64,000 bases of DNA from Cyanophora paradoxa CCMP329 (Eukaryota > Plantae > Glaucophyta). Below are positions 23,281 to 35,200 of the stretch, piece after piece. The stretch is from the NCBI GenBank assembly GCA_004431415.1, contig QPMI01000010.1, positions 1-64,000 on the forward strand, read 5' to 3'. The notes below the pieces were generated by a model. That model made no database searches and was not told the origin of the DNA. It was given only the letters and a program-made list of their open reading frames with translations. The stretch's first letter is position 1; every line of letters begins with the position of its first letter. The position numbers and the translations under genes are program-made.

Positions 23281-26148
23281 CTATGCCCCGTTGAAGTCGA
23301 GCGCGAGGTCTTCGACGCTGCTGCGGACCGCCCGCACGAAGAGCCGCCGCCGCCGCCCCTCCTCCTCCTCCTCGTCGGGTCCCGCTGCGGTGGCCATGGC
23401 CGCCGACGCCGACGATGGCCGCGGCACCCCGGGGATCTGCACCTGCGCAAGGCACCCCGGGCGATCGTGAGCACTCATCTGAGGTGCATCTATATATATC
23501 TGATGATGAGCCGCGGATCAGACCTCGTCGAAGCAGGTGCGGAAGGCGAGGCCCCACTCCCTGTCGGACCAGGGCACCAGGACCGTCTCCCCGCGCCTGC
23601 GCTTGCGCCCGCCGCCGCCGCCACTGCCGCCGCCGAGGTCGAAGTCCGCGGCGGAGGCGACGGCGTACGTCTTGGGCGCGATGGTGAGCTTCCTGCGGGG
23701 AGGTCGAATTCGAATCAATGGACATTCGAATTCGAAGACAGGGCAGGGCAGTGCATGCGCAGACCTCTCGAGCCTCCCGCTTGCGGGGGCGGAGGCCCGG
23801 CCTGCATCGACATCGATATCGCAAAAAGTGCACTTCTGAATTCACGTTTGCGTTTTACGTTTGCGCACCGATGCAGCGGGCGAACAGCGAGGGGTCCACC
23901 TCGCCCGCCCGGAGCGCCCCGAAGAGCCACCGCTCGACCAGGGCCTGGTCCTGCGCAGATGTCGACGGGCGAGCCGCTCAATTTCGCACGCGAAATTAAA
24001 CCGTTGAAAGCTTAAGCTTAAGTACTTCCGCTGGGTTCGAGTATCGCTCTAAGCGCACGCGGGAGAGTCGCAGATCTATAAATAGCTAAAGGATCAAGGT
24101 AGCTTCCATACGAAGCGCAGCGCGCTCCTCGGTTCGAGCGCCGCTCACCTCTTCGAACTGGTGCCAGTCCGGGTGGAATTGCAGCTGTAAACACAAGGTG
24201 TTAGAAAATGGAAACTTCAAAAGGCGGCGAATGGAAATTGGGGGCGGCCCCTCACGTTGGCGATCAGAGTCTCGGCCGTCCACGCCTGGCCTGCGATCAT
24301 AAGAAAATTAAATATGAGCGCGGGAGGCTTCGCCTCGAATTCAGCCGTTCGGCCGCGCCGCGCGGCGCACGCACCGCCGACGAGGGCGGCCCAGTCGTCG
24401 GCGCCGAGCAGCCCGACGGCCTCCAGCGCCTCCGCCGCGCCCGCCGCCGCCTCGGGCCTAGGGCCCTTCCTGCTCGCCTCCGGCCGCGTGAATACGCCCC
24501 GGAACCCCTCCTGAGCCGAGCTGAGCGAACGAAGGCGCTGTAAATAGCACCGGGCCGGGAGCACCCGCATCGCCTCGAGAAACGGTCGCCGCCGGTCCGC
24601 GCACTGCCACTGCGCCGCGAGCCGAACCAGGTCCTGCTTGTTCGCCTCCGTGAGCTGCATCAACTCCCATTAGCGATCAAATTAAAGAAGTGCGGGCGCC
24701 GGAGCGAATTATAAGCGCAAACGTAAGCCTAAGCGTAAGCAAAGGCCTAATTATAAGCGTAAGCTTAAGCGTAGGCGGCCGCGGGTGCGCCTCCTCGCCG
24801 CACCTCGCGGGCGCCTAGCTAGAGCCTATAGCTTATTTAGAAACTTTATTGGAGCGGGGCGGGCGCGCCTCCTCGCCGTCGAAGTCGGGGCAGCCTTGAA
24901 GGAACGGGTCCATAGGCACCGGCGCCTCCGGCGAGACCTGCGAGCGCGTCAGCTCAACATGTCCAGAGCCAGATCGATATCGATTTTAGCTGTCTAAATC
25001 TAGCCGTTTAGCTGGCTAAACCCAATCTTCGAATCCAGCACTCGAGCCATAGCTCAAAACCTAATTTCTAGATCTAGAGAGCCGGGGGCTGCAGAAACGT
25101 GCACTGACCGGCTCGCTCAAGATCCTGGACATCGAGCCGTGGACTTGCTGCGCGGCGGGCAGCGTCAGCTATTCGTGGCGGCCTCAATGTTAGCTTATAT
25201 TTAGCAATATATTGTTCGCTCACGGGGTGGAGGAACGGTTCCCAGAGCGCCAGCGCCTCTTCGGCGGTGGTGCACGCGCCCGGCTGGCGACCATTCGTTC
25301 GTCCTCAGAGAAAAGTTCGAATTCGAATATGTATTCGAACTCGAGCGGACCTCTTTCCCCGCCAGCAGCGGGATCAAGGGGACGAACGCGGCGGGAACGG
25401 CCTCCGTCCCCCCGAGGTCCAGAAGCCGCTCGAGCAGCGCTGCGAGCGGTAAAATTTAAACCGTCAGCGCGAACATGCTTACTAGTTACTTTAAGATTAA
25501 CTTTCTAGTTTAACTTAGTCTGCCATTTCGCCGTCAGCGCGAGCATGCATATGCTCAACTTAGTTTCATTTCGCTCACTTAACTTCCTAGACGTGAGCTC
25601 GAGCGCGCACCTCTGCCGATGACGGAGCCGACGAACCGGTACTTGGCCAGCGCCTCCGCGTCCACGGCCGCGGCCGCGAGCTGCGCGTGCGCGCGCAGCC
25701 GGCCGCTTCGCCGCGTTGACCCGCCCTCTCCTCGATCGCCCCGGCCGTCGACGCCGGCCGCGGGGCCCGCGTCCTCGTACACGTCCTCGAACTCCCGATC
25801 GTGGAGACGGGCGCGCTTCGCGCTCGGCCGGTCGCAGCCGTGGCCATCGCTCTCGCTCTGGCCCCCGTCCTCGTCCTCGACCCCGCCCCGGCCCCCGTCC
25901 TCGTCCTCATCCGAGTCGATGACGATGACGCGCTTGCAGGGCCGCCGCAGCGGCGCCGGCGCCGGCTCCGCGGGCGCCGCCGCGGGCGGGAGGACGTCGA
26001 AGCCTTTCGCGCTGTGCATGAGTCCTGGAGGACGCCTTTCGCGCCGCTGCGGCGCCGGCGCCGGCGCGGCGGGCGCGGCGGGCGCGGCGGGCGGGAGGAC
26101 GCCTTTCGCGCCGTGCATGGGCTCTTCCATCAAGCCCGTCGCCACCAA
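23281..26148 (-). CDS. Multi-exon gene of unknown function
   Basis: Exon-like blocks: KRVIVIDSDEDEDG...ALAKYRFVG, EEALALWEPFL, PFLQGCPDFDGEE, LMQLTEANKQDLVRLAAQW, ALVERWLFGALR, LVPWSDREWGLAFRTCFDE, LFVRAVRSSVEDLALDFNGA*. It may be fused with the upstream gene. Confidence 0.5.
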
Positions 26149-26693
26149 GTCCTCAAAGAACTACAAGGTTCAGTTAATTTACGATGCCATGAAAGCTAAG
26201 ATGCATTACTACAAGGAATCGAACGCACCAGCGTGTAGAACTCGCGGGAGGGCCCCTTCCTGTCTTTCGCGCACTCCATGGCGATTCTTATGGGGAGGTG
26301 CGGCTGCGCCACGCGCTCCAGGGCGCGCTGCTCCCGGCAGGAGCGGAACGCCGACTCGACGACCGACCCGCGGTCCACCTGCCCGATCGCATCTCAGCCC
26401 GACCGCGAGGCTTATATTAGGCCTAGAGCTAGGGCGTAGCTAGTTTAGAGCTTGGAAGCTTAGAAGCTTAGAATTGGAAGCTAGCTTGGAAGCTTAGTTT
26501 AGAGCTTTTTTTATGCTTTGAATTGGAAGCTTAGAGCTTGCGCGCGCGCGTGCGCATCGCATCTCAGCGCGATCGCGAGGCCGAGTGCGCAGCTAGTTAA
26601 TTCTTTGAATTGGAAGCTTGGAGCTTGCCTCAATCTCGATGGGCTTGGCGGATTTGTAGCTTGGCGGCCGGAGCTGCGATGTGGGAATCATGA

Positions 26694-29600
26694 TCAGCTA
26701 CAAGCAAGTCGAGGAGCCGCCGCGCCATGATGGCTGCCAAAATTGCCCATACCGACCGCCGTACCTGCTTCACAATCGTTTGGATAAGGCGGCACGTGGT
26801 CTCGCGAAGCGCGCGAATCTTGGCGCTGATCTCGTACTTGTCGGCCGCGGGCGCCGGCATCGTCGGAGGCGGCGATGAGGCGGCCATTTGCACGGCCAGC
26901 GGCGCGGGCGGCGCGGGCCCCTCGGGCGCCTGCCAGCCCCTCTCCTCCGCCTGCGTCAGGCAGTTGAGCTTGGCCCAGCGGCGCAGTGCAGGCCGGGCCC
27001 AGGGAATAGGCCCGGAGGGAGGGCGGCCGCGCGCGCACCGCCGCCGCGAGCGAAGCCTCGAGGGATTTGATCCGATCCCTCAGCACGGTCTTCTCGGGGT
27101 CCGACACATCGGTCTCGGGTGGTGCCCGCCGGCCCCTTTCCACCTGCAGCTGCGTAAGCCGACCGTTATCTTCAGCTTCCATCCTGACAGAGGGTTTGAG
27201 GCAATCTATCTCTTTGATCTCAAGGGAGACGACGCACCGCCACCGCAAGTGAAGCCTCCAGCGATCGGATCCGCTCCCTCAGCGCGGTCTTCTCGGGGTC
27301 CGGTTCTGATGGGTCTACAATCGGCCGCCATGTGCACCCGGCGTTCGCTTCGCTGCTTCCATTGATCTGCAATGAGGTAATTATAAGATCACTGCAGATC
27401 GCGCGGCAGCGAACACGTTTCAGATTCATAGGATTGCACTGAATCATATTTTAGGAGCGCATAACAGATTCTCATTTAGAGGAGCGTAATATTCGAGCAC
27501 GAATGCGATGAAGAGCGCCTGCGGAGGGACCAGACGGGCGCGCCTCACTGATGTCGCTTCTCTGCTCTGCCCGCGCGATGCGACTCCCGCTCGCGAGCTC
27601 CAGATCCAGAGAAGATCCAGAAGTAGCGGGGGCAACATGCGGCGGCTCCGGTTGCCTGTGCTCCTCGTGCCGCTGCCGTGCCGGCGCGTGGGGTGGGCCT
27701 CCCCATGCAGCTGCTGCGACAGACGAGCTGCTTGCCGATGCGCAAGCGGCGGAGGATCCGGAGCTGCGTTCTGCCGCGCTGGACGAGCTCGCGATCGGCG
27801 TCGCGCCAGGCCTAGGCGATGCAAGAACAGCGCTTGCAGTCGATGGCTGGGCGGAGACCATGGTAGGAGTAGCAGCGGCAGCTTGCTGGCTTTGTTGTTC
27901 TTGCTGTGATCGGTGTTCTTGTCTGCAAGGCGATGCAAGAACAGCGCTTGCAGGCGATGGCTGGGCGGAGACCATGGTAGGAGTAGCAGCGGCAGCTTGC
28001 TGGCTTTGTTGTTCTTGCTGTGATCGGTGTTCTTGTCTGCAAGGCGATGCAAGAACAGCGCTTGCAGTCGATGGCTGGGCGGAGACCATGGTAGGAGTAG
28101 CAGCGGCAGCTTGCAATTGCTGGCTTTGTTGTTCTTGCTGTTGTTGCTGCGCCTGCTGCGCCTGCCGTACATGTGCTTCCTGGTGCTGCTGCTGCTGCTG
28201 CAGCTGCCGCGCCTGCAGCTGCTTAAGCTTGCGTTGCTGCTTTTGCAAGGCAATAGCTGACTTCACGAGCCGGCGACAGACCTGCGGGAATTCGAACTTC
28301 AGCAGAAATTTTACGGATCAGATCTAGAATAGATATATAAAACTGACTGACGAGCAAGTGCAAGTTATTCAAGACACGCAAAGCAGGGACACGAGTTGGA
28401 GAGTACGGAGTTTCGATGACCAGAATCTGAGAACGAAACTCTTAGACGCAATATACAAAGACAAATCTGAGAACGATCGCGACTAAGAAAAACAGCACGT
28501 ACAAATTGTTGCAGCTGCTGAAGAACCTTTTTCGTCTTATGCAAACTACGTGTTTGTGGCCGTTCTGCGGCATCTGCCGTCTGTTGCATGAGTTGTTCTT
28601 GCATCCAGCGCAATTTCGGAACTTCGAGCTTCATCTCCTGGAGCTGAGACTGTGTTGGAGCAGTCTGCATGCTGGCAATGAAAATGCATGCATATGCGCA
28701 CTTTGGCGAGGCTTGCTTGGATCTCTTCCTCTGTAGTGGCTACTTGCGCACCGGGCTCGGCTTGCTTGGCGCCGGCTTGTTCGCGAGGTTGTGATTGCTG
28801 AGGAGACGCGAAGTTCAGCGATAAGTTGGAGTCAGCGATCGAGACATGTACACATGATCTCGGCCGGGGGCCTAGGCGTGCAAACTCGCCCCTGCGGTAC
28901 CGGTTGAGGGTGCGGTTGAGGGTCCCGCGGCCGGTTGAGGCATGCTCAAGCTTGTGCTCGCTTCTGCCGGGCGCGTTTCGACGCCCAAAAGTCAAGTCAA
29001 CTCAACGAAGCCAGGCGATATCAAGTCGACGTCAAGCGAACAAGAAATCGCGAGCGGGATCGCAAACCATGGCCAGGCTTGCTCTTGGCTTGCTCTCGTC
29101 GCTCCTGCTCTCGCTCTCGTCGCTCCTGCGGCTAGCGATCGGCAAAGATCAGCCCAGACGGTTCAGCGGAAGGTTGCAATTGAATGCTACGCATGCGCAC
29201 CTCGAGACGTGGCCCTGTCGCCGTCGTTTCGGCTTTCGCTTCCACTTTAGATGCATATGCGGGTGCGCTCGAGCTTGACCCTGACCCTGCGTCGACATGG
29301 ACGGCCGCGGGAGCTGCGACGAGTTCGACCGCCGAGTCAGCAGAAGCGTCATGAAGGCACAGGCCATAGCCAGGCGACCGCGAACCCCTTGTGAGCTGCT
29401 GGAACATCCGCCGTAGTTCCGGGTTGATCTTCAGGAGCTTGATGCAGAAGCCCTGACGCTGCTCCGGGTTTAGGGCCAAGAACTTGGTCTTGTACTCCGG
29501 GCTGAGTTTCTTGAAGACGAGCTGGTCCAGCGACGAGAACTGAATTCCTGAGCCTACTGGTTGCACGCCGAGTCAGCACATTGTTAAATTAAAGCGATCG

Positions 29601-31855
29601 CGGCATTATTGTAAATGTGGCCGCAAACCAGATATCGGTGGGAGCTGCTCATGCATATGCATCTGCCGCAGCTTCGCGAAGCTCGCCAGGAGCCCGCTGC
29701 AGTAGTCTAGTCGCTGTTCTGGCGACAGAGCGACGAAGGCCGTCCGCTGCTGCGGATTCAAAGACGCGGAGACAAGCTTCTCCAGCGGCGAGAGCTGAGC
29801 ATGATCATGAACTCCTTCGAATTCGGTCTGCTGAGGCTGCGTCGGTGTCGACGTCGCTCCAGACGGGGGCGGGGCCAGGGCCGCGGGCGCAGCTGCCGCG
29901 GCCGCGGCCGTCGCCGAGACCGCCGCCCTTTCGGCCGCGGTTTTTGATTGGGATGCCTGACTCGCGCCTTTCCCGATGCTGACGGGAGCTGCGGTGCGCC
30001 GGGCACCGAGTCATGATCAGCAGCTGTAGGAGCAATTGCGGAATTAATTTTAATTCAAGTCCATACGAACGCGAACCAGGTGGGATCTTCTGGCAGATTT
30101 GGGACAGCTCCGCGAAGCTCCCCAGGAGCTTGCTGCAGTACTCTATCCGTTGCTCCGGCGGCAGAGCCACGAAGGCCGCCCGCCGCTCGGGGTCCACGGA
30201 CGCTGAGACGAGCTGCTCCAGAGGCGAGAGCTGAAGCTGAAGCTCGGGCGGCTGAACTCCTCCGGATCCCCCCGGCTCAGGACGAGTCGCCCCAGACAGG
30301 GGCGGGGCTAGCGCTTCTGCAGCTGGCGCTGCAGCAGTCTCCATCGCCGAGCTCGAGGGAGCTGCTGACACGGGCAGCGCCGCCGGCGCCGGCGCCGCCG
30401 ATGCAGATGCTGCTGGCATGGGCAGCGCCGTCGCCGGGGCAGCTGCTGGCACGCGTACTGGCAGCGTCGCCGGCGCCGCCGAGGCCGCTGCTGATGCGGC
30501 CGTCGCTGAGGCCGCTGCTGGCACGGGCAGCGACGCCACAGCAGCTGCAGGCAATGGCGCGGAGAACGGCCTCGATACGGCCACTTTAGGCGATTTCTGC
30601 GCGGAAGATTAAACGGAAGTTTGGCCGAAAAGCTTACGGGGCAAATCAAAAGCGCGGACCGCGTCCAGCAAGGGGGGCGCCGGTTTCTGAGAAGCACTGC
30701 CGGCAGCTGCAGCCGCAGCCGAGCACGTGGCTGCGGGCATCGCTTTCTGCGATTCCAGCTGCGCGACGCTCTTCTGAAGCACTTCAGCACCCAGCATACC
30801 CTGCAGCTCCCTTGTCGCTTCGTAAACCCCAACTTCATTCCGCTGCGCGCGCGTGAGCACGCAAAGAAATGAAGGCACGCCGAGTCATGATCCCGGCGTG
30901 GAGGATCGATCGCGGTCGCGAGCAAAGTAAAAGGCAGACGTACCCGGGAGCGGCCGAGAAGCTCGTGGAGCATCGGGTGCTTGACCCGCGGGCAGTGCAG
31001 CTTCGCAGCCTCGACGAGCTCCGAGAAATCGATTTGGACTCCCCGAACGTTAACGGCGTGCTGCGTCCAGGTTACCCGCGATTCGGAAGGGTGATGAGGA
31101 GGGGAGGGGGGGGGAAGGGGGAGGGGCGATGGGGTGGCGTGGGAGGGGGGAAGGGGGGGAGGAAGGGGGGGGGGTGCATGAGATGTGAGGGGGGGAAGAG
31201 GGGCAGGCAAGGGAAGAGTTAGGGGGAGGAGAGACGGGTAGAAGCGGCGGTGGTGAGGGAAGCGGAAGAAGCTGCCAGGGAGGAGGGGGGGAGGAGGAGG
31301 GGCAGGGGGGGGGGGGGGGGGGGGGCAGGGAGACGGAGGCATCGGCAATATCGATTGCGCACCGCAGTGGATCGAGCCGCGCCTGCGGCTGCAGCGGAGC
31401 CGCCCTGCTCTCGGTTTACATCAGGGACTGATCATGACATGGAAAGCGAATTCGAAGGCCGACATGCATCAAATTAAACAAGATCAGAACTCACCGCTGA
31501 GATCTTCGCGTCGACTGCGCTCGCGCCTGGATGGGGCGCTGATGACGTCGAGAAGGTGCTGGCCGCGGAGGAGTTCGAGCTTGCAATTCCCGCGGCCGGC
31601 GCTGCGCGCGCAAGCGGGTAATGTCAGTGCGATCTCGCTTAGCGTTCTTGATCGCAATCGAGACGAACCCGCCGCGGGCGCAGCAGCTACAGTCTCGGCA
31701 GATGCGCCTGCTGCGGATGTCGCCGCTGCAGCTGCATGCGCAGCTGTGGCATGTACATGTGCGGCCGGCGCCGCAGGCCATTCTGGAAAGGAACTCGGCG
31801 GGCGCCGAGCTGCGGAGACGACGGGCGCGGTCTTGACTGCGGTCTTCTTCATCAT
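26694..31855 (-). CDS. Multi-exon Gln/Ala/Pro-rich protein with duplicated helical modules
   Basis: Poly-Q ORF 27472-28266. Two related modules (LDQLVFKKLSPEYKTKFLALNPEQRQGFCIKLL and LEQLVSASVDPERRAAFVALPPEQRIEYCSKLL). Duplicated DPEKT(V/A)LR(D/E)RI(K/R)SLEASLA segments. Gene ends uncertain. Confidence 0.45.
27814..28140. repeat. 114-bp coding tandem repeat, about three copies
   Basis: Near-identical units starting at 27814, 27928 and 28042 (38 aa each on the minus strand). Confidence 0.95.
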
Positions 31856-32286
31856 GTATCTTCAACACGCGCGCGCGCAAGGAGTGACGACCGGAATGCC
31901 GCCCATTCGAGTTGCAGTGTTCGGACAGCGCGCGGATCGCGATCCCGCGCTCGGCTGTGCTTCCTCTGCACGCTAATAGGCTACAATGTGCCGAACTACT
32001 CTCCTGCTGGTCCGACACGCGCGCACGGTTGATCGCCCGAGCCGATATCGATGGGCGATTCTAGATCTACCCAAGCAGTGAAAGATCGACTGCTCTCCTT
32101 AGCGTCGGAGCAATGCTGGCTCGACGCGCTACGCTTGCACGTACGCGCGCGCGCGTTTGGTCCCGAACTGCGCTTACGATAGCTGCAACTTGCTAATGTA
32201 CCCCCCCCTCCCCCAGAGCTTCTCTGAAATGTGCTGCACGGCCGAAAAGTACAGTCCGACAGCTTGTACAGTCACTAAATATGCAC

Positions 32287-35200
32287 CTACGCGACGGGAG
32301 CCACGGGGCCCCCGCGCCTCGAGCACGCGTCGACCAGCCTCTGCCGCGTGATGACCCCACGGAGCCGCCCTGCGCGCGGCGGGCCGGGGGCGGGGGGCAA
32401 GGATCGATGCCGCTCAGCGGCGCGGGGGGTACGTGAACGGTATGATGGAATCGGTGCGCGCGTACCCCGGTGGAGGACCAGGAGCTCGCTGCAGGAGAGG
32501 AGGGAGAAGAGCGCATGGACCTGCGGGGTACGACGGCGTCGGAATGGGATACGGAGTAGGGGAATGGGGGTGGGGGTACGTTCACCTGCCCCATCGCCGC
32601 GTCCGCCCCCACCTGCGATCCGGGCGGGCGTCAGAGGGTCCATTCTTTGGCGTACCCCTCCCCGGGGGCCCGAAGCGTACGCAGAGGGGCGGCGGTTCGA
32701 GGGCGAGCCGCGGCCAATCGATCAGGGCCCCCGCCGCCGGCTGCAGCTCCCTGCGGAGGTACCGGGTTTCAGAGCGGGTGGGGGGTACGGGTGCGGAGGG
32801 GCGGGCTCGCCCGTCGCTGGGGGCGTCCCCCTCCTCGCTGCCGGCGGGGGATCCGAGCTCCAAGGAGGGTCGCTCCATTTCCGTACCCCGCCCAGGGGCC
32901 GGGGCCGGTGCCGGGGCCGGGGCCGTACCCGGCGCGGGCGTGGCGGCGGCGGCCCGGGGGGCCAGGGGGCCGGCCGCGCCGTCCCCCTCCTCTTCTTCCC
33001 CCCCCGAAGGCGACCCCAGGTCCCTGAGGCGAACGAAGTCAGGGGGTACAGCTGCGTTCCTTTTCCCTGCGTACCCGTCGTCTCCGCCGAGGAGGGTGAA
33101 GCGGGGTGCGGGGGTACTCGGCGCGTCTCCGGCCCCCGCCCCTACCCCGATGGCCTCCATCTCGCCCCCCTCCTCCCCCCCCTCCTCGACCTGCGAGACG
33201 GCTTCGGGTCTGCGAGGAGGGGGGGGGGGGGGGGGCGGATCGAGGGGGGTACGCACCAGCGGGAGTCTGTGGTGCCTGCTGCCGCCGCCGGGAGGGGCCT
33301 TGCCCGCCACCGCGGGGCTCGGCGCGAGGGCCGCCCGGAGTCGCTCCCCAAAAGAAGGGCCTACCCCCAGGCCCAGCGGCGCCTCGCCTCTACCCCCCAA
33401 CCCCAGCATCCGCAGCGCGGGGCTGGCGCCCGCCCACCGGCCCGCGCCCTGCACCAAGCGAGGGGGGGGGGTGAGAGGCCGAGGAGGGGGGGGTACACGG
33501 CGCAGGGAGCGCACGGGGACCGGGGAGGGACCCGCGCGGCGGGCGACCGGCACTCGAATACCCCCCGCTGCGACAAACCTGACGGGGGGCTCAGAACGAA
33601 AGGGGGATACAAGGTGGGGGGGGGGGGGGGTTACGGCCTGACCGCTCCAGGGTCTCCCTCCGAACGAGGGCGAGGAGGCGCATGCCCTCTGCGCAGCGGG
33701 TGAGGAGGCCGCACGGATGGGGGTACGTGATCAACGCGCACCCTGCGAGTCGACGAGGGGGAAGGCGTGCGCGGAGGGGTTGCGCCCCAGCACCCCGGCC
33801 GCCTGCGCCGGCGTGCTGCCCGCCGCTTAGGAAGAGACAGGGAAACAGCGCAGGAAACAACGCCAGAGAGCGGGAAGAAGAGAGCGGGCATCGCATTAGG
33901 AGATTAGGAAATTAAAAGAGGGCCGCTTAGGTAGAGAGGGCATCACGCCGGCGGGCATCGCTTCGGGAGATTAAGAGATGAAGAGAGGGCCGCTTAGAAA
34001 GAGACGGAAAGGGCGCACGAGGAGGCAGGGAGGCCCGGAGGCAGGCGGGCATCACATTAGGAGATTAAGAGAGGCCCGATTAGATCTATGGACAAGAAAA
34101 TCAAAGGGCGCACGAGGCCTACTTAGAGGAAATTAAAAGAGGGCCGCTTAGACATAGAGGGGGAAATCAAACGGCGCACGAGGAGGCGGGGAGGCAGGCG
34201 GAGGTGACGGGCCGCATGGCGTGCCAGGCGCGCAGGCGGCCGGCCCGCGACGCCAGCTCCGGGAGGTACGGCAGGCCCTGCGGGGGGGGCGGGGGAAGGG
34301 GGGAAGGGGGTGGGAGGCCGGCCGGTCAGCGCGCGACGGGGAGAGCAGGCGCGGAGAGGAGAGAGAGGCGCTAGATTCCGCAAGCTCCCCTTGAGGCGCA
34401 TGAGCTAGAAGCCAGAATCTAAAGCTCGCCGGCCGGCGCGCCTGGGGGCGCATCAGCTAGAAGCTAGAATCTAGATCTAAGCATCTCAAACTGATCCGAG
34501 GCTCGCCTGGAGGCGCATGAGCTCGTCGTAGAAGGAGAGGCGCCCGAGCGAGTCCGCCGTCGCGTACGCCACCAGCACTGCCGTCTAAGGGGGGGGGGGG
34601 GGGTCGGGGTACAGGGGCGGGGGGGGGGGGGGGGGGGGGCGTACCAGGACGACGAGGCCGTAGTGCAGCTGCCCCGCTGCGCGCGGGCGGGGGCCTCATC
34701 GCCGCGGAACGAAGCGGGCAAAGCGAACGAATGGACTAGAAGACCAACAGACTGGAAGTAACAGACGAAAAGGCCGGGGCCGGAGCGGCCGCGCACCGAT
34801 CTTAAGGACCGGGCTTAAGGACCGGGAGGAGCAAGGCTGACTAGATAGGCTAGACCCACAGGCTAATGTAATTATTATGAACTAATTAGTCAGTTGATCC
34901 GCCGGGGACTACTGACTACTGATAGACTACGGATAGGGGGGGCCGGGGCTGGGGCGGCCGCGCACTGGATGGACTAATCGGATAGGCTAATGTAATTATT
35001 ATGAACTAATTAGTCAGTTAGTCCGGGGCGGGCGGGGGGGCACTGATCGAGTACCACTACAGGGCGGGGCGGAGGCTGACTAGATCTAGACTAATAGGCT
35101 AATAGGCTAATCTAGACTAGAATAGAGTTTGTTTGAGGACGGAGCCGGGCGGGGGCGCACTGATCTTGAGATAGGCTAGACTAATAAGCTAAAGGAGTTT

